Positions 35,696 to 48,801 of a stretch of 64,000 nucleotides of DNA are shown here, one piece after another. A model generated the notes under the pieces. That model was given only the letters and a program-made list of their open reading frames with translations, made no database searches and was not told the DNA's origin. This DNA comes from Paraphysomonas bandaiensis (lineage: Eukaryota; Protista; Chrysophyceae), in the NCBI GenBank assembly GCA_965644295.1, contig CBFFRP010000164.1, forward strand, positions 62,001 through 126,000, in the 5' to 3' direction. The translations under genes and the position numbers were made by a program. Numbering within the stretch: the first letter of the stretch is position 1; the number at the start of each line of letters is the position of its first letter.

Positions 35696-37816
35696 ACGTA
35701 GAAAATAAAAAATGTGCTATCTTAGCTTATAGTTTTTTACCCTTTTTGCAGAAACATAATTAATCTATGAGGAAAACGTATTCTGTTGAGATTTTAGAGA
35801 ATAAAATATCATATCAGAAACATGAAACAGAGTAAATTATTTGGAGTGAAGATATCATACATATTGTGTTAATTCTCTGTATTATTACTTCACTTGCCTT
35901 TCTTTCTAGAAAAAGTTATTTAATCATTATGTCACATTATATAAGTGTTTGGCATTAGGGTTGTTAGATCTTGACATTATTAGACGTTTAAATTTTACTG
36001 ATTACCAACTGATTCAACTCACATTTATAAAATTGAGATCAAATATCACTGGGTACGTGAACATGTTGATCCATAATCCTGAAGGACCATTCAACACTGC
36101 GACATTGAATTATGTTGGAGAGATTATCAGACCACTGACATTGCAACAAAATTATTAGTAGTGAATGTCTTATTATTAGCAATAGGCGTTTAGAAGTCAG
36201 AATTAATTTAGCACTACAATGCAACAACTAAGTACTAAGTAGTGCCTAACTCTGATATATCCTAATATATATATAATATATAACGTCTGATTGTTTAGCA
36301 ACAGGCATGTAAGTGTTAAAACTAAGCAGAAATCTATCCAGTACTTAAATACTAATATATATCCTACTATTTGACTCTACGAAAGCTGCATACGCGTCGC
36401 CGCAAGCACCAAGGTGCGACCACCTCCGCTTTAACTCTCTATCAAACAAAGCAAACGCAGTGAGCAAGCAGAATATTGATATACCTGACATCATCATCTG
36501 ACTTCAGAATTTTTGAGTGCCTAAGGTGAACGGTCTGGATGCCTGATTCAGCAGACGTCTACACAAGTGACTCTTATATTGATGTTCCTTGTAAATTGTG
36601 AAGCACAAGCATTTCGCTATGAGTGGGCAGAGCAATATCTGCTTACTATATTTTAATATGCGACTCACGTTAGCTTCCCGGCGAAATAGCTCCGGTACTT
36701 ATCCCCCAGACTGAGCGCTTTGACTGTATAAGACTGTGTCTATAAGATAATATTATGGGTCGGTAGTAGAGATAATATAAACGTAGCGTAACAATGACTG
36801 ATAAGCGATGTTGAGTATAATTTTACAAGTCAATTATTGTTGAGTGAGTTCAAGGTTCAGTTAAATAAGTTTACCCACCTAATGATATCAAAAGTTGATA
36901 TGATGACAGTGATGATGTAGTTTGAATCTCAACACAGTGTAGCATTTGATCTATGATAGCATGCAGTGGAAGCGAGCACGTCTTAACCAATACAAACTTG
37001 ATACCGCAGCCTGAAGCACTTGTAGGACTACTAATGTATAATGTATAGCTATATGTGCTATGTGAGTATGAAGCGTAGTATTAATTTGTTGGGACAGCAA
37101 AAATAATACTTGCAATTGTAATTTATTACAACATGTATGTGTCAACTTATTTTATATGAATATCTGATTATAACAACTTATTGACAATTTATTGTTACGC
37201 AGCCCTGTCCTATTGTACATATCGCACTAAATTGAATCTTAGTTGAACTAGGCATGTCGAAATCTTGCAGCTCATTCCATTTAATACACATTGAACTACG
37301 GCTTAAATTCCGATCTAAAAAAGTGTCATCCAAGAAATAATCTATGCACTGATATACAGAGGAATCAAAAAGATGTCGCCGATATCCACGACAACATCAA
37401 GTGTATTCTTTTCTTTTACATTGTAGCGTGTATTAATTTTTGTAGGCAATCACCTTGTCACTTTCCTAAGGGAACTTTGGTGCTTAAATAATAATCAACT
37501 CACACTGTATTGATTTGATCACATCAGGCAAAAACGGACACTGACTAACACACATACACATATATCATTATAAAAAAAAGTACGCGATACATCACTTATC
37601 AGCAGTGTAGATGTAAGTGTCACAAGTGTTGAGATGTTTTAACAGTTGCAGGTTTCTGCAGTTAGTACAGCAAATTCCCGTACTTATCCTATGAGAGGGG
37701 ACAAAAAAACTAAAAAAAAGCTAGTTATGGTTATCACTTATGGTTAGCCCTAAATACAATAATACAAACTATAATAAAAGAGTTCCAAGTGAAGCACAGA
37801 ATTACTCAAGGTAGTA

Positions 37817-38925
37817 CTAACCACTACTCTTAAAGTCCTCTATGAGTAATTTAACTTCCTCATCCATTACCTGCATCAATAGACATGCTTAAGGATATAC
37901 ACGCTATCAAACACTGCGTAATTACCGGAGCCGTGGCCATAAAATATTTATCCAACGTTGGATGGAAAGTAGCGACGACCATGCGACCAACATTTATATC
38001 ATAATACTGTTCTAGTATGTACCTAAGAAGTAACAATAAAAGGGACAGTAGTTTAGGTCTTTATATTCAAACACACCTGTACATATTGAGCTGGAGGAAA
38101 TACTTTGTGCCCTCGCAGTCATCCAAGTGACTAATAGGGCTCCTGTGAATAAAGCGTAAGAACTATAATTGAAATTCGCTCAAACTAACTTTGCAGTCCG
38201 AAATGTATTAGACATTCTTTGCTCTAATCGTGCAGAGCGCTTCCAATCAATGATTGTGTATCTCCCATCCTGCATCTTCCCGACGAAGTCCACTGTACCT
38301 GCAAGCTTCAGGTCTGGGGCAGCAATCCTCCATTCTGTTCTGAAGGGAATTATATTCCAGCCAGCAACCACATTGGAGTGGAATTGCTGGAATTGTTCGA
38401 ACTCTGGTAAATTATTGGAGGGGGCCTATGCAAAATATGTCTTGAAAAACACAAACCATATCACTGCATACGTACCAGTCCATTGAAAAATCTCTCAATA
38501 TTGTAATGCAGCCAGGTGCCCCTATTTCTTGCATACAGTCCTATTGCATCCCATTTGCGCTTTATTTGTTCTGGAGTATATTCTGTCCCATCAGGCCAAG
38601 TGTACTCAGGACGAGGCCATTTTTTTCCGTTTTGCATGGTTTGAATAGCCGCATCGGGATCAAACTGACTGAACTTCGACTCAATAAGCTGTGTAACAGA
38701 TTTCTTTGCAGGACTTCCATCAATGACATACACATGATTCATTTCATCATGTAATATACGACTATCCATATAGTGGAAATTTTGAACCTCTAGAGGCAGT
38801 TTCTTGTCGGGTTCACGATATATGAAGAAGGCCTTCCCGAAATTGGCTGGTTCAGCGGGAAGCCCAGACGACAAGCTGCGCTTAGAGGTAACATAACCGT
38901 TGATTCTTAAGCTTTGTCTGATCAT
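37817..38925 (-). CDS. PD-(D/E)XK exonuclease (MGME1/Cas4-like fold) with mitochondrial-type presequence, copy 1
   Basis: MIRQSLRINGYVTSKRSLSS; HVY..SVTQLI; RGTWLHYNIE; RTEWRI..LAGTVDFV..IIDWKRS; KYFLQLNMY. Short GT-AG introns; stop TAG at 37817-37819. Confidence 0.85.
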
Positions 38926-39224
38926 CTTTTCTATGCTATTGGATAGTAATAGTGCATGCAATGAACTTGTGTGAACCACCATATACACACCACATGCAGG
39001 CTACTGCTCCATGCTGCTCAGTTCTGCATAACGATGTTGTGTGGAGAGAATTTCGAAAAAAAGTATTTTTACCAAATTCATGTAAAAATATACAGAAAAC
39101 CACAATCACTGCTGTAGAAACTCCATATTTTGTGCAAAAACTTTATCTGAATACAGCAGTGCATGTACAGAGATACAGTCTCGATATGGCAATGTCCGTT
39201 ATGGGAAATGAAATAGGCTTGGTA

Positions 39225-39283
39225 CAGTGGCTGGCGCCCCACAAGGTGCGCCCATTTCAGGTCCTTGTAGGGGCCAGCCACTG
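39225..39283. mobile_element. 59-bp Tc1/mariner-type mini-MITE
   Basis: TA|cagtggctggc...gccagccactg|TA, with further internal pairing acaagg/ccttgt. Confidence 0.7.
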
Positions 39284-41377
39284 TACGGGGGTTTTATATA
39301 AAAAAAACAACGAAATGTGTTGGAAACCCCTGTTTTTATGGGATTGTGTAATTAGAACACAGCAGGAAAACATGATTTCAAGATTTTTCGAAACAAACAA
39401 TCAGATCTGTGTAATTCTAATTACACAGGAGTAAACAGATTTTTAACATATACTTACAGCATATCTTAAGACACATATACGAATAAGTAGAATAACCTGC
39501 AGTAGAAGCGATAGTAAATCCTAGACAAATGGACCCAGCTGCATTACACCTCATAATGCAAGGACAAAACGAAAGGAATGTATTGGAAGAATGTCCACAC
39601 TATCCAGAATACTCAACAATCTTATAGCTATACGACTTGGTTGGCGCAATCGAAACAGATGATGATGTCCTGATGCATACTGGACAAGCGCATGCATTAA
39701 AGATATTTTAAACCCTGGGGAAAAGAGTATTGTGACAATGTCTGTCCAGACAAATCTGCTTTGGTGACATGAGTGTGACTCTCGGCCATGAACTATACCT
39801 GTTAAGGTTGCTCTTTCATGTAAATTTCTACTTTTGTATTTTGGGTGACTTTTGTAGATATACATATGGAGGATATCAGGCAGCAGTTTGCTTAATTAAT
39901 TATTAGTAGTTTAGAAGTCAGAATTAATTTAGCATTACAATGCAACAACTAAGTAGTGCCTAACTCTGATATATCCTAATATATATATAATATATAACGT
40001 CTGATTGTTTAGCAACAGGCATGTAAGTGCTAAAACTAAGCAGAAATCTATCCAGTACTTAAATATTAATATCCTACTATTTGACTCTACGAAAGCTGCA
40101 TACACGTCGCCGCAAGCACCAAGGTGCGACCACCTCCGCTTTAACTCTATCACTCAAAGCAAACGCAGTGAGCAAGCAAAATGTTGATATACCTGACATC
40201 ATCATCTGACTTCAGAATTTTTGAGTGCCTAAGGTGAAAGCCTGAATGTCTGGCTTCAACAGGTAGCAAACTATCCCAGATGACCTTGAGGTGGGCCCAA
40301 TCCCGGATGCCTGTTTATTCGTCAAGGCCCGATGACGTCTACACAAGTGACTCTTATATTAATGTTCCTTGTAAATTGTGAAGCACAAGCATTTGGCTAT
40401 GAGTGGGCAGAGCAATATCTGCTTACTATATTTTAATATGCGGCTCACGTTAGCTTCCCGGCGAAATAGCTCCGGTACTTATGTACTTATCCCCCAGACT
40501 GAGCGCTTTGACTGTATAAGACCGTGTCTATAAGATAATATTATGGATCGGTAGTAGAGATAATATAAACGTAGCGAATAACAATGACTGATAAGCGATG
40601 TTGAGTATAATTTTACAAGTCAATTGTTGTTGAGTGAGTTCAAGGTTCAGTTAATTAAGTTTACCCACCTAATGATATCAAAAGTTGATATGATGACAGT
40701 GATGATGTCGTTTCGGATCTCAACACAGTGTAGCGTTTGATCTATGATAGCAGGCAGTGGAAGCGAGCATGTCTTAACCAATGCAAACTTGATACCGCAG
40801 CCTGAAGCACTTGTAGGACTACTAATGTATAATGTATAGCTATGTGCTATGGGAGTATGAAGTGTAGTATTAATTTGTTGGGACAGCAAAAATAATACTT
40901 GCAATTGTAATTGACTAACATATATGTCAACTTATTGACAATTTATTGTTACGCAGCCCTGTCCTATTGCACATATCGCACTAAATTGAATCTTAGTTGA
41001 ACTAGGCATGTCGAAATCTTGCAGCTCATTCCATTTAATACACATTGAACTACGGCTTAAATTCCGATCTCAAAAAGTGTCATCCGAGAAATAATCTATG
41101 CACTGATGTACAGAGGATTAAAGAAGATATCCACGACAACATCAAGTTTATTCTTTTTTTTTTACATTGTAGCGTCTATTACTTTTTGTATGCAATCACC
41201 TTGCCACTTTCCTAAGGGAACTTTGGTGCTTAAATAATAATCAAGTCACACTTACTAATACACATACACATATATTATAAAAAGTACGCGATACAACACA
41301 TATATAGTGTAATAATACAATAATACAAACTCTAATAAAAGAGTTCCAAGTGAAGCACGGAATTACTCAAGGTAGTA

Positions 41378-42969
41378 CTAACCACTACTCTTAAAGTCCT
41401 CTATGAGTAATTTAACTTCCTCATCCATTACCTGCATCAATAGACATGCTTAAGGATATACACGCCATCAAACACTGCGTAATTACCGGAGCCGTGGCCA
41501 TAAAATATTTATCCAACGCTGGATGGAAAGTAGCGACGACCATGCAACCAACATTTATACCGTAATACTGTTCTAGTATGTACCTAAGAAGTAACAATAA
41601 AAGGGACAGTAGTTTAGGTCTTTATATTCAAACACACCTGTACATATTGAGCTGGAGGAAATACTTTGTGCCCTCGCAGTCATCCAAGTGACTAATAGGG
41701 CTCCTGTGAATAAAGCGTAAGAACTATAATTGAAATTCGCTCAAACTAACTTTGCAGTCCGAATTGTATTAGACATTCGTTGCTCTAATCGTGCAGAGCG
41801 CTTCCAATCAATGATTGCGTATCTCCCATCCTGCATCCTCCCGACGAAGTCCACTGTACCTGCAAGCTTCAGGTCTGGGGCAGCAATCCTCCATTCTGTT
41901 CTGAAGGGAATTATATTCCAGCCAGCAACCACATTGGAGTGGAATTGCTGGAATTGTTCGAACTCTGGTAAATTATTGGAGGGGGCCTATGCAAAATATG
42001 TCTTGAAAAACACAAACCATATCACTGCATACGTACCAGTCCATTGAAAAATCTCTCAATATTGTAATGCAACCAGGTGCCCTTATTTCTTGCTTGCAGT
42101 CTTTTTGCATCCCATTTGCGCTTTATTTGTTCTGGAGTATATTCTGTCCCATCAGGCCAAGTGTACTCAGGACGAGGCCATTTTTTTCCGTTTTGCATGG
42201 TTTGAATAGCTGTATCGGGATCAAACTGACTGAACTTCGACTCAATAAGCTGTGTAACAGATTTCTTTGCAGGACTTCCATCAATGACATATACATGATT
42301 CATTTTATCATGTAATATCCTCCCGACGAAGTCCACTGTCCCTGCAAGCTTCAGGTCTGGGGCAGCAATCCTCCATTCTGTTCTGAAGGGAATTATATTC
42401 CAGCCAGCAACCACATTGGAGTGGAATTGCTGGAATTGTTCGAACTCTGGTATATTATTGGAGGGGGCCTATGCAAAATATGTCTTGAAAAACACAAACC
42501 ATAATCACTGCATACGTACTTGTCCATTGCAAAATCTCTCAATATTGTAATGCAACCAGGTGCCCTTATTTCTTGCATGCAGTCTTTTTGCATCCTTTTT
42601 GCGCTTTATTTGTTCTGGAGTATATTCTGTCCCATCAGGCCAAGTGTACTCAGGACGAGGCCATTTTTTTCCGTTTCGCATGGTTTGAATAGCCGCATCG
42701 GGATCAAACTGACTGAACTTCGACTCAATAAGCTGTGTAACAGATTTCTTTGCAGGACTTCCATCAATGACATACACATGAGTCATTTCATCATGTAATA
42801 TACGACTATCCATATAGTGGAAATTTTGAACCTCTAGAGGCAGTTTCTTGTCGGGTTCACGATATATGAAGAAGGCCTTCCCGAAATTGGCTGGTTCAGC
42901 GGGAAGCCCAGACGACAAGCTGCGCTTAGAGGTAACATAACCGTTGATTCTTAAGCTTTGTCGGAACAT
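41378..42969 (-). CDS. PD-(D/E)XK exonuclease copy 2 with in-frame internal duplication
   Basis: Same exons as copy 1, plus a ~483-bp internal repeat (41835-42318 / 42317-42801) joined in frame as ..GTVDFVGR-ILHDKMNH.. Confidence 0.7.
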
Positions 42970-43310
42970 CTTTTCTATGCTATTGGATAGTAATAGTGCA
43001 TGTAATGAACTGTTCATTGACGTATCATTCACACCACCTGCTGCTAACTGCTAATAAAACATAACGATGTAGTGTAGAAAATCATGTAAAAAATATACAG
43101 AAATCCACAATTACTGCTGTAGAAACTCCATATTTTTGTGCAAAACTATGTAGAGGAACGTAATACAGTGTGTGTATGTATGTATTAGTGATATAGTATA
43201 CGTAGTATATATATGGATATGTGGGCCATATCAGGCAGCAGTTTGCTTAATGAACTCTGAGGCATCGAGCAACTGGCAGTCTCAGTCATACAATTCAGTA
43301 GATATATATA

Positions 43311-45825
43311 ATGGGTACATTTGAGTTTTGTGAGAATTTTATAGAGCGTGAATATGAAAATTTCCAAGAAGCAAATGCTCTAAACTCTGCAGCTCTGACT
43401 CGATTTGGAAGCACACTTCTACTCTGCATTATGTTGATTAGGAATAAGCGAAGAGTTGCAAAAGCATTTGAAAGTGGGAATGTTGGTATTGGCATGCGAT
43501 ATCTTATATTACCATCATACTATGATTATGTGGTAGCTCTAATATTGACCTCGTTCGTGTATGGGTTGTTCAATTTGTTAGGAGGAAGCTTGCGGGAGTT
43601 GCCTGTCGTTGCTGCTGTGCAAGGAGGAGTGAATCATATGTTCAGGGAAGGGTTGGCTTTTTTTTTAATGCAATATGGTGCAGGATACTATGCAATGAGA
43701 CGAGCTGCCTTTTATGCTGTACTTTGGGGAGCTATTTGTTTCGTGGTTCTTCTTTTGGTGTACCGGTTGAAGGAAAAAGGAGATAGAATGAGCAAGCTTT
43801 CCCTTTTCGGAAATATGTTCTTTTGTATATTTGTACTACTGTTCTACTGCGTAATTACGTTTTCCCCAGTGGAGCGAGTGTATAGAAGACCAGCTTTAAA
43901 GCTGTTTGCGATGTTTCAAATTTGTGACATGTCCCTGTGGATATTAATCGTCGTGTTTTTGTATATGGAGTTTGATGTGGCCTATTGCATAATGTTTACA
44001 ACTAGAACTATATTAGAAGGGGTAGTGGAGCAAATTGTAGTGTTCTACGTTCTTTGTCTCGATAGCGAGGTGATGTAGAATAAAATATATGACTCATGAC
44101 TTACGCAATGTGCAGTTCTGGCAAGGAATTTCGGGACAGCTCGACAACCCTTTGGCGGGAGTTTGGGATCTGGAGCTGGATACTGCGGCCGCGATGGGAC
44201 AGCAGCTCTCTGTTGTCGAAAAAAACTCTCGAAAACTTCCTATAATTCATTTTGGCATGATAACCCTAGATCAGCACCTGGGGTATGTTGCAGGCGGACT
44301 CTCTCGGGTCTACTTTGGGTCTATTAAGAAAGAGCCAGTTGCCATAAAGATATTGTTTGCGATGGAGCTCACACCGAAAGTGGTGAAGTCGTTTTACGAA
44401 GAGGTTCAAGTACTATATGAGCTACAACACGAGAATGTCGTACGGTGCATCGGTGTGTCTGTAATGCCACCAGCAGTCTGTGTTGTGCTGGAGCATTGCA
44501 AGCACGGATCTCTCTTCGACTACCTTCATAAGCCCCGTAAAGTTCCTGTTCATAGTCCTTCTCGGCAGCAGTTTGTAGGGAAGAGTTTGGACGGGGACGC
44601 TCACACAGAGTTAAGTGATATATCAGCTCTCCACCGGTAGGCAAATAGCATCCTATAAAATCTTGATTTATGCTGTCGTATTAAGAAACAGGTCGCATTC
44701 AGGAAGCAGTAGGAAAAGCTCGGTGGATGAGCAGGGTAAACAGGGAAGCCAGTCTAATAAGCCAGTCTCGAGTCCACTACATCATCCTTTTACACAATCT
44801 CGACCGCATCACATGCGCGGGAGCTCTGGTAACCCTGCGAACTTGGAGGATTTGGCCAGCGAATTTAGGCGAAGCGAAACCACCTCTATATCTAGTAGAG
44901 CTTCTTTCACATATAATGATAGAGTGAAGGCCCTTTTTTTGGGACGCAATGAATTCCTCTCACCTGTAGCTGATAGTCCTGTTCCGGATACCACGCAAGA
45001 CAGGAAATCATTCTTTGCAGATCGTTTCAGTATAGGGGAAAGGGAAAGTTCAAAGTATCTTCCGCGAAACTCTAGTTTAACTACATCTTCGAAACGCAGA
45101 CCTAGTCATATTGAAAGCAAACCAACATTCTCTATGGTTGAAAAGTTTAGAATGATAATCGATGCCAGCACTGGTCTCGCCTTCCTTCACGAGAGAGGCT
45201 ATATGCACTGCGACATAAAGTCACCAAACTTCCTTGTATCGAATGTGAGCGACTGTGTTACCCATGTTGTTAAATGCCAATTGACTTCATGCAGGAAAAA
45301 GTTGTGAAGCTGGCTGACTTGGGTGAAGCGCGTGCATTGGATTCGTGTGCGCAATTCGCCCGCCTTCCGAACCCTGCCATAAACTGGAAGGCCCCAGAGG
45401 TACATTCTACCCCTCCCATGTGCTTAGTTTGTACTTACACTTTGTCGTGTAGCTCCTAACACCAAATATGTCGATGCGATCATACACGCCAGCCAGCGAT
45501 GTATACGGGTTGGCGATGGTCATATCCGAGGTAGTAACAACGTCTTCAACTTATCAAACGCTAAATCTCTTTCCAGATAATCTTGCAGGAGATTCCATTA
45601 GATGAGTTACTGCGCAGCTCATCACCAGAACAGTGCTATCATTATCTCGTGAATGAAAACTGTCGTCCTATTTTACCCGATAGCATTCCATTAGCGTTCA
45701 GAAATATCTTAACGCTGGCGTGGAATTCTGACCCGGATAGTCGCCCAACGTGTGCTGATATAGCCAACACGGCTCAAGAGTGTTTACAGAAAATGCTGGC
45801 TGAAAGTATACCGCAGCGTGTGTGA
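43311..45825 (+). CDS. Multi-pass (7TM/GPCR-like) receptor fused to a TKL protein kinase, multi-exon
   Basis: ~7 hydrophobic segments in 43311-44069, spliced to FWQG... The kinase has VAIK, HENVVRCIG, HCDIKSPN, DLGE, WKAPE, SDVYG and RPTC. Confidence 0.85.
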
Positions 45826-46350
45826 TTTGTGCTGCATGCTATAAACAATAGCGCAGCCTTAAGTATGTTAACATATATGTTGAGTTTACGTATTAGCTTG
45901 GGTATTGATTCATATTAGCGAGAGTAACATTGGCATTATGATGCTATACAATTATGAAATCGCGGCGCCCAAGAGTTCTTGACGTATGAACGGTCCTTTT
46001 TGTTTAATGCAGTGATGAATAATATATTCTAGAATATTGATGTATCTTCTATCTTCTGCAGGCACTTATAGCTAGCAGGGAAAAAACAATTGTACTTAAC
46101 TTCTAGTTGATTGAAAGAGAAAAAAGAATTAGGTTTCCCTAACAATATCTTAACTGTGGATCGCAACTGTAACTAATCCGGAGCACGAGCTGATTTAGAA
46201 TAGTGTCTGCTATCCTGCTATGTCATTGTATCACTTTGAAGAGCGTCTCATGATGTAGTAGATAAAAAGTGCAAACATGTATTGAAATATGGATTATATT
46301 CAGTGTGACACTTGACGACAATGTACGAGAATACAGTGAAGTATGGTGAT

Positions 46351-46743
46351 GTATCCCTCAACAATGTCGGACTCGCACCTTTTCGTGGTGTTCTGGGGGA
46401 CAAGTACCGGAGAGATTCTCTCTGGGAAACTAACGTGAGCCGCAAACATAGTCAGCAGATATTCTTCTGCCCACTCATAGCCGACTACTTGTGTGATACA
46501 AGGGACACCAATAAGTGTCACTTGTGTAGACGTCTTTGGGCCCTGACGAATAAACAGGCATCCGGGAATGGGTCCACCTCAAGGGCATCTGGGACAGGGC
46601 CCACCTGAAAGGTAACCGGGGTATTGGGCTGCCTGCTGAAGTCAAGCATCCGGGATGTTCACCTTAAGAACTCAGAGCGGAAGTGGTCGCACCTTGGTGC
46701 TTGCGGCGACGCACAAGCAGCTTCCGTAGCGTTAAATAGTAGC
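46351..46743 (-). repeat. Dispersed GC-rich structured repeat family (longest copy)
   Basis: Shared blocks gcgtcgccgcaagcaccaaggtgcgaccac, ccttgaggtgggccc..cccggatgcc and gacgtctacacaagtgac also occur at ~36375-36712, ~40085-40500, ~47257-47487 and ~30049-30165. A fragment matching the distal end of this copy is at ~5533-5605. Confidence 0.8.
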
Positions 46744-47099
46744 ATAAAAAACGTGTGTACTGATTAGTTACAGGTAGAGGTCTAACCAGTTTGTCTAACA
46801 TTCATCTAGAGCTACTAAGTTGGTGCAGGTTTTTAACGCCTATTGCTAATAATACGACTTTCAATGTATGGTGATGTATAAATGGTGTTATGATATTGAG
46901 AAACTGAAATAATTTGCTTTTTCAAGAAAATAGGTTTAGTAGCGAAATGTTCACACATGTAGGAGATTATGCATATAGTGCAAAAGAGGTTTGTGTTGGT
47001 TGTCACAACTCTGTGAAACGTTATTAATACATATATATCTAGATCAAGGTAAAGAATGACCAATTTTCAACGAAATGTGACTGTATTATTATATATGTA

Positions 47100-47140
47100 C
47101 AGGGCCTAATAACTGGTAACCGTTAATGGCCCATTAATGG
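47100..47140 (+). mobile_element. Solo left end of hAT MITE family 1
   Basis: cagggcc(taataa)ctggtaaccgttaatggcccattaatgg matches the 17755 terminus. Confidence 0.65.
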
Positions 47141-47987
47141 TATCGTCGATAACTAACCACATAACATCGCTCTCCAAGCTGCTGAGTGTTGGAAAGCCTT
47201 TCGACATGCATGTTGGGTTTTCAAGAGGATGCCTACTGCGAAGAACTTAAAGGGTGGATGACCTTGAGGTGGGCCCATTCCCGGATGCTTGCTTATTCGT
47301 CATGGCCCAAAGACGTCTATATACACAATTGACACTTATTAGTGTCCCTTGTACCTTGTGCCACGCAAGCATTTGGTTATGTGTGGTAGAACAATATCAT
47401 CTGCTGACTATAATATAATATTATTAATAATGCAGCTCACGTTAGTTTCCCGGAAATATATCTCCGGTACGTATCCCCCAGAACACCGACATTTTGCTAG
47501 ACTACAAATAGTCTTTGAATTTGCTATTATATATATCAACATTCGACATATCCGGATGAATGATTTAAAACTTAATTAAATGAACGTTGTACGTGTACAC
47601 TCAATACTCTATTAAAATTATTGTTAATATCTCATATTGTTCATTGTTATGCACTAAATTCAATTTGTTTCTACTGCCAATCAATATCATATATATGATC
47701 TTACATAGTCAATACATTTCAGTTTAACTACTCTATTATTCCTATCATATCATTAATTCATAAAACTGCTAACCACTACTGTACTTTCAAAGCATTAAGT
47801 GCTCCGGGCGCTAGTTAACTAGTTATTATAGAGGTTAAGAGAGCTCGTCGTAACTCTAGTTTGGAGTAAATATATGGTGGGAGCTAGCTATATGCCAGCG
47901 AGTCATACATCCACCTGTGTCCCATGAGAATTGGTGGTAAACTACAATACATCCAATTGAGTGGGAGTGTTGACTTCTGCAGTGGTA

Positions 47988-48330
47988 CTGGGCTGCGTAT
48001 CAATTAATTGACGCAGGTTGTAGTCAATTATAATTGCAATTACTACTTGCTGTCTCAATTTCAATTGCAATTATTTAGTACTAAAATACACTAGCTGCAA
48101 TATAGTTACCTCAACTGTTATTTCACTCCAGAGGCGACGATTGATGCGTAAAAACATAAGTAGCTCTTAAATGTTGAGGAGTCAAGCTCTTGCGCAAGCC
48201 CGTCATAACAATCGTAGCTCTACTGAACAACTTTTCAACCTTATTTTGGTGGAATGCAAGTGTTTCATGCTGTGGTAATGAGTCTTGCTCGCTTCCGCTT
48301 CTAGCTACCATCAATCACACGTTGCGCTGC
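47988..48330 (-). mobile_element. hAT family-2 end plus transposase C-terminal fragment
   Basis: Terminus ctgggctgcgtatcaattaattg at 47988. VEKLFSRATIVMTGLRKSLTP resembles the hAT dimerisation motif (ERLFS). Confidence 0.65.
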
Positions 48331-48801
48331 GTCGTCATTCGAAACTAGACTAGCCCTGCTGCAGTATGATGCGATATATATATTGTACAATTAAAGTGAG
48401 TTAATAGTGCACAATAGAACGGGTGAATATAGTTACAAAAGTAAGTAAATTCAGTTCCTGATGTGCGACAATGAAAGTTATAGGAATTACTGGTGAACAT
48501 ATAACATATAATATAATACACATTATTAATAATAATAGTGTTTAGACTTAGAAGCGCGTTGCGTGTAACAAAGCAAGATTAAGGTTTACATGTAGAGCAA
48601 GACTCACTTCAGTGTAATGTCCAATTCTAACACCCCAGATAACAGACAGTACATATCACTCAATTATTTTAATCAACACTCAGAGCACATTACCAACAAT
48701 ACAGTATGAACTCTGGGTTTCGTCAAGAGCAAAATCACTTTTGTAGGGCCAAACCCTACCCACCATAAAAGAGGAATAACTTGGCAAATAAATTTAAGAA
48801 A

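Larger units (their letters stand above)
36172..43251. repeat. Tandem segmental duplication (unit 1 ~36172-39896, unit 2 ~39897-43251)
   Basis: Both units start ttattag..tttagaagtcagaattaatttagc and end atatcaggcagcagtttgcttaat. They are collinear at high identity with indels, and unit 1 has extra sequence at ~39150-39860. Confidence 0.9.

Noticed and set aside
39551-39865. 104-aa minus-strand ORF in the unit-1-specific insertion
   Set aside because: No recognisable domain; likely a fragment or a chance ORF.
37817-42969. Cas4/CRISPR-associated role for the PD-(D/E)XK nucleases
   Set aside because: No four-Cys Fe-S pattern is evident and there is no array. Spliceosomal introns and a mitochondrial-type leader point to an organellar exonuclease.
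46540-46580. Hammerhead ribozyme core (CTGACGA) in the dispersed repeat
   Set aside because: The first C is not conserved in other copies (ttgacga, atgacga) and no properly placed GAAA/stem III was found.
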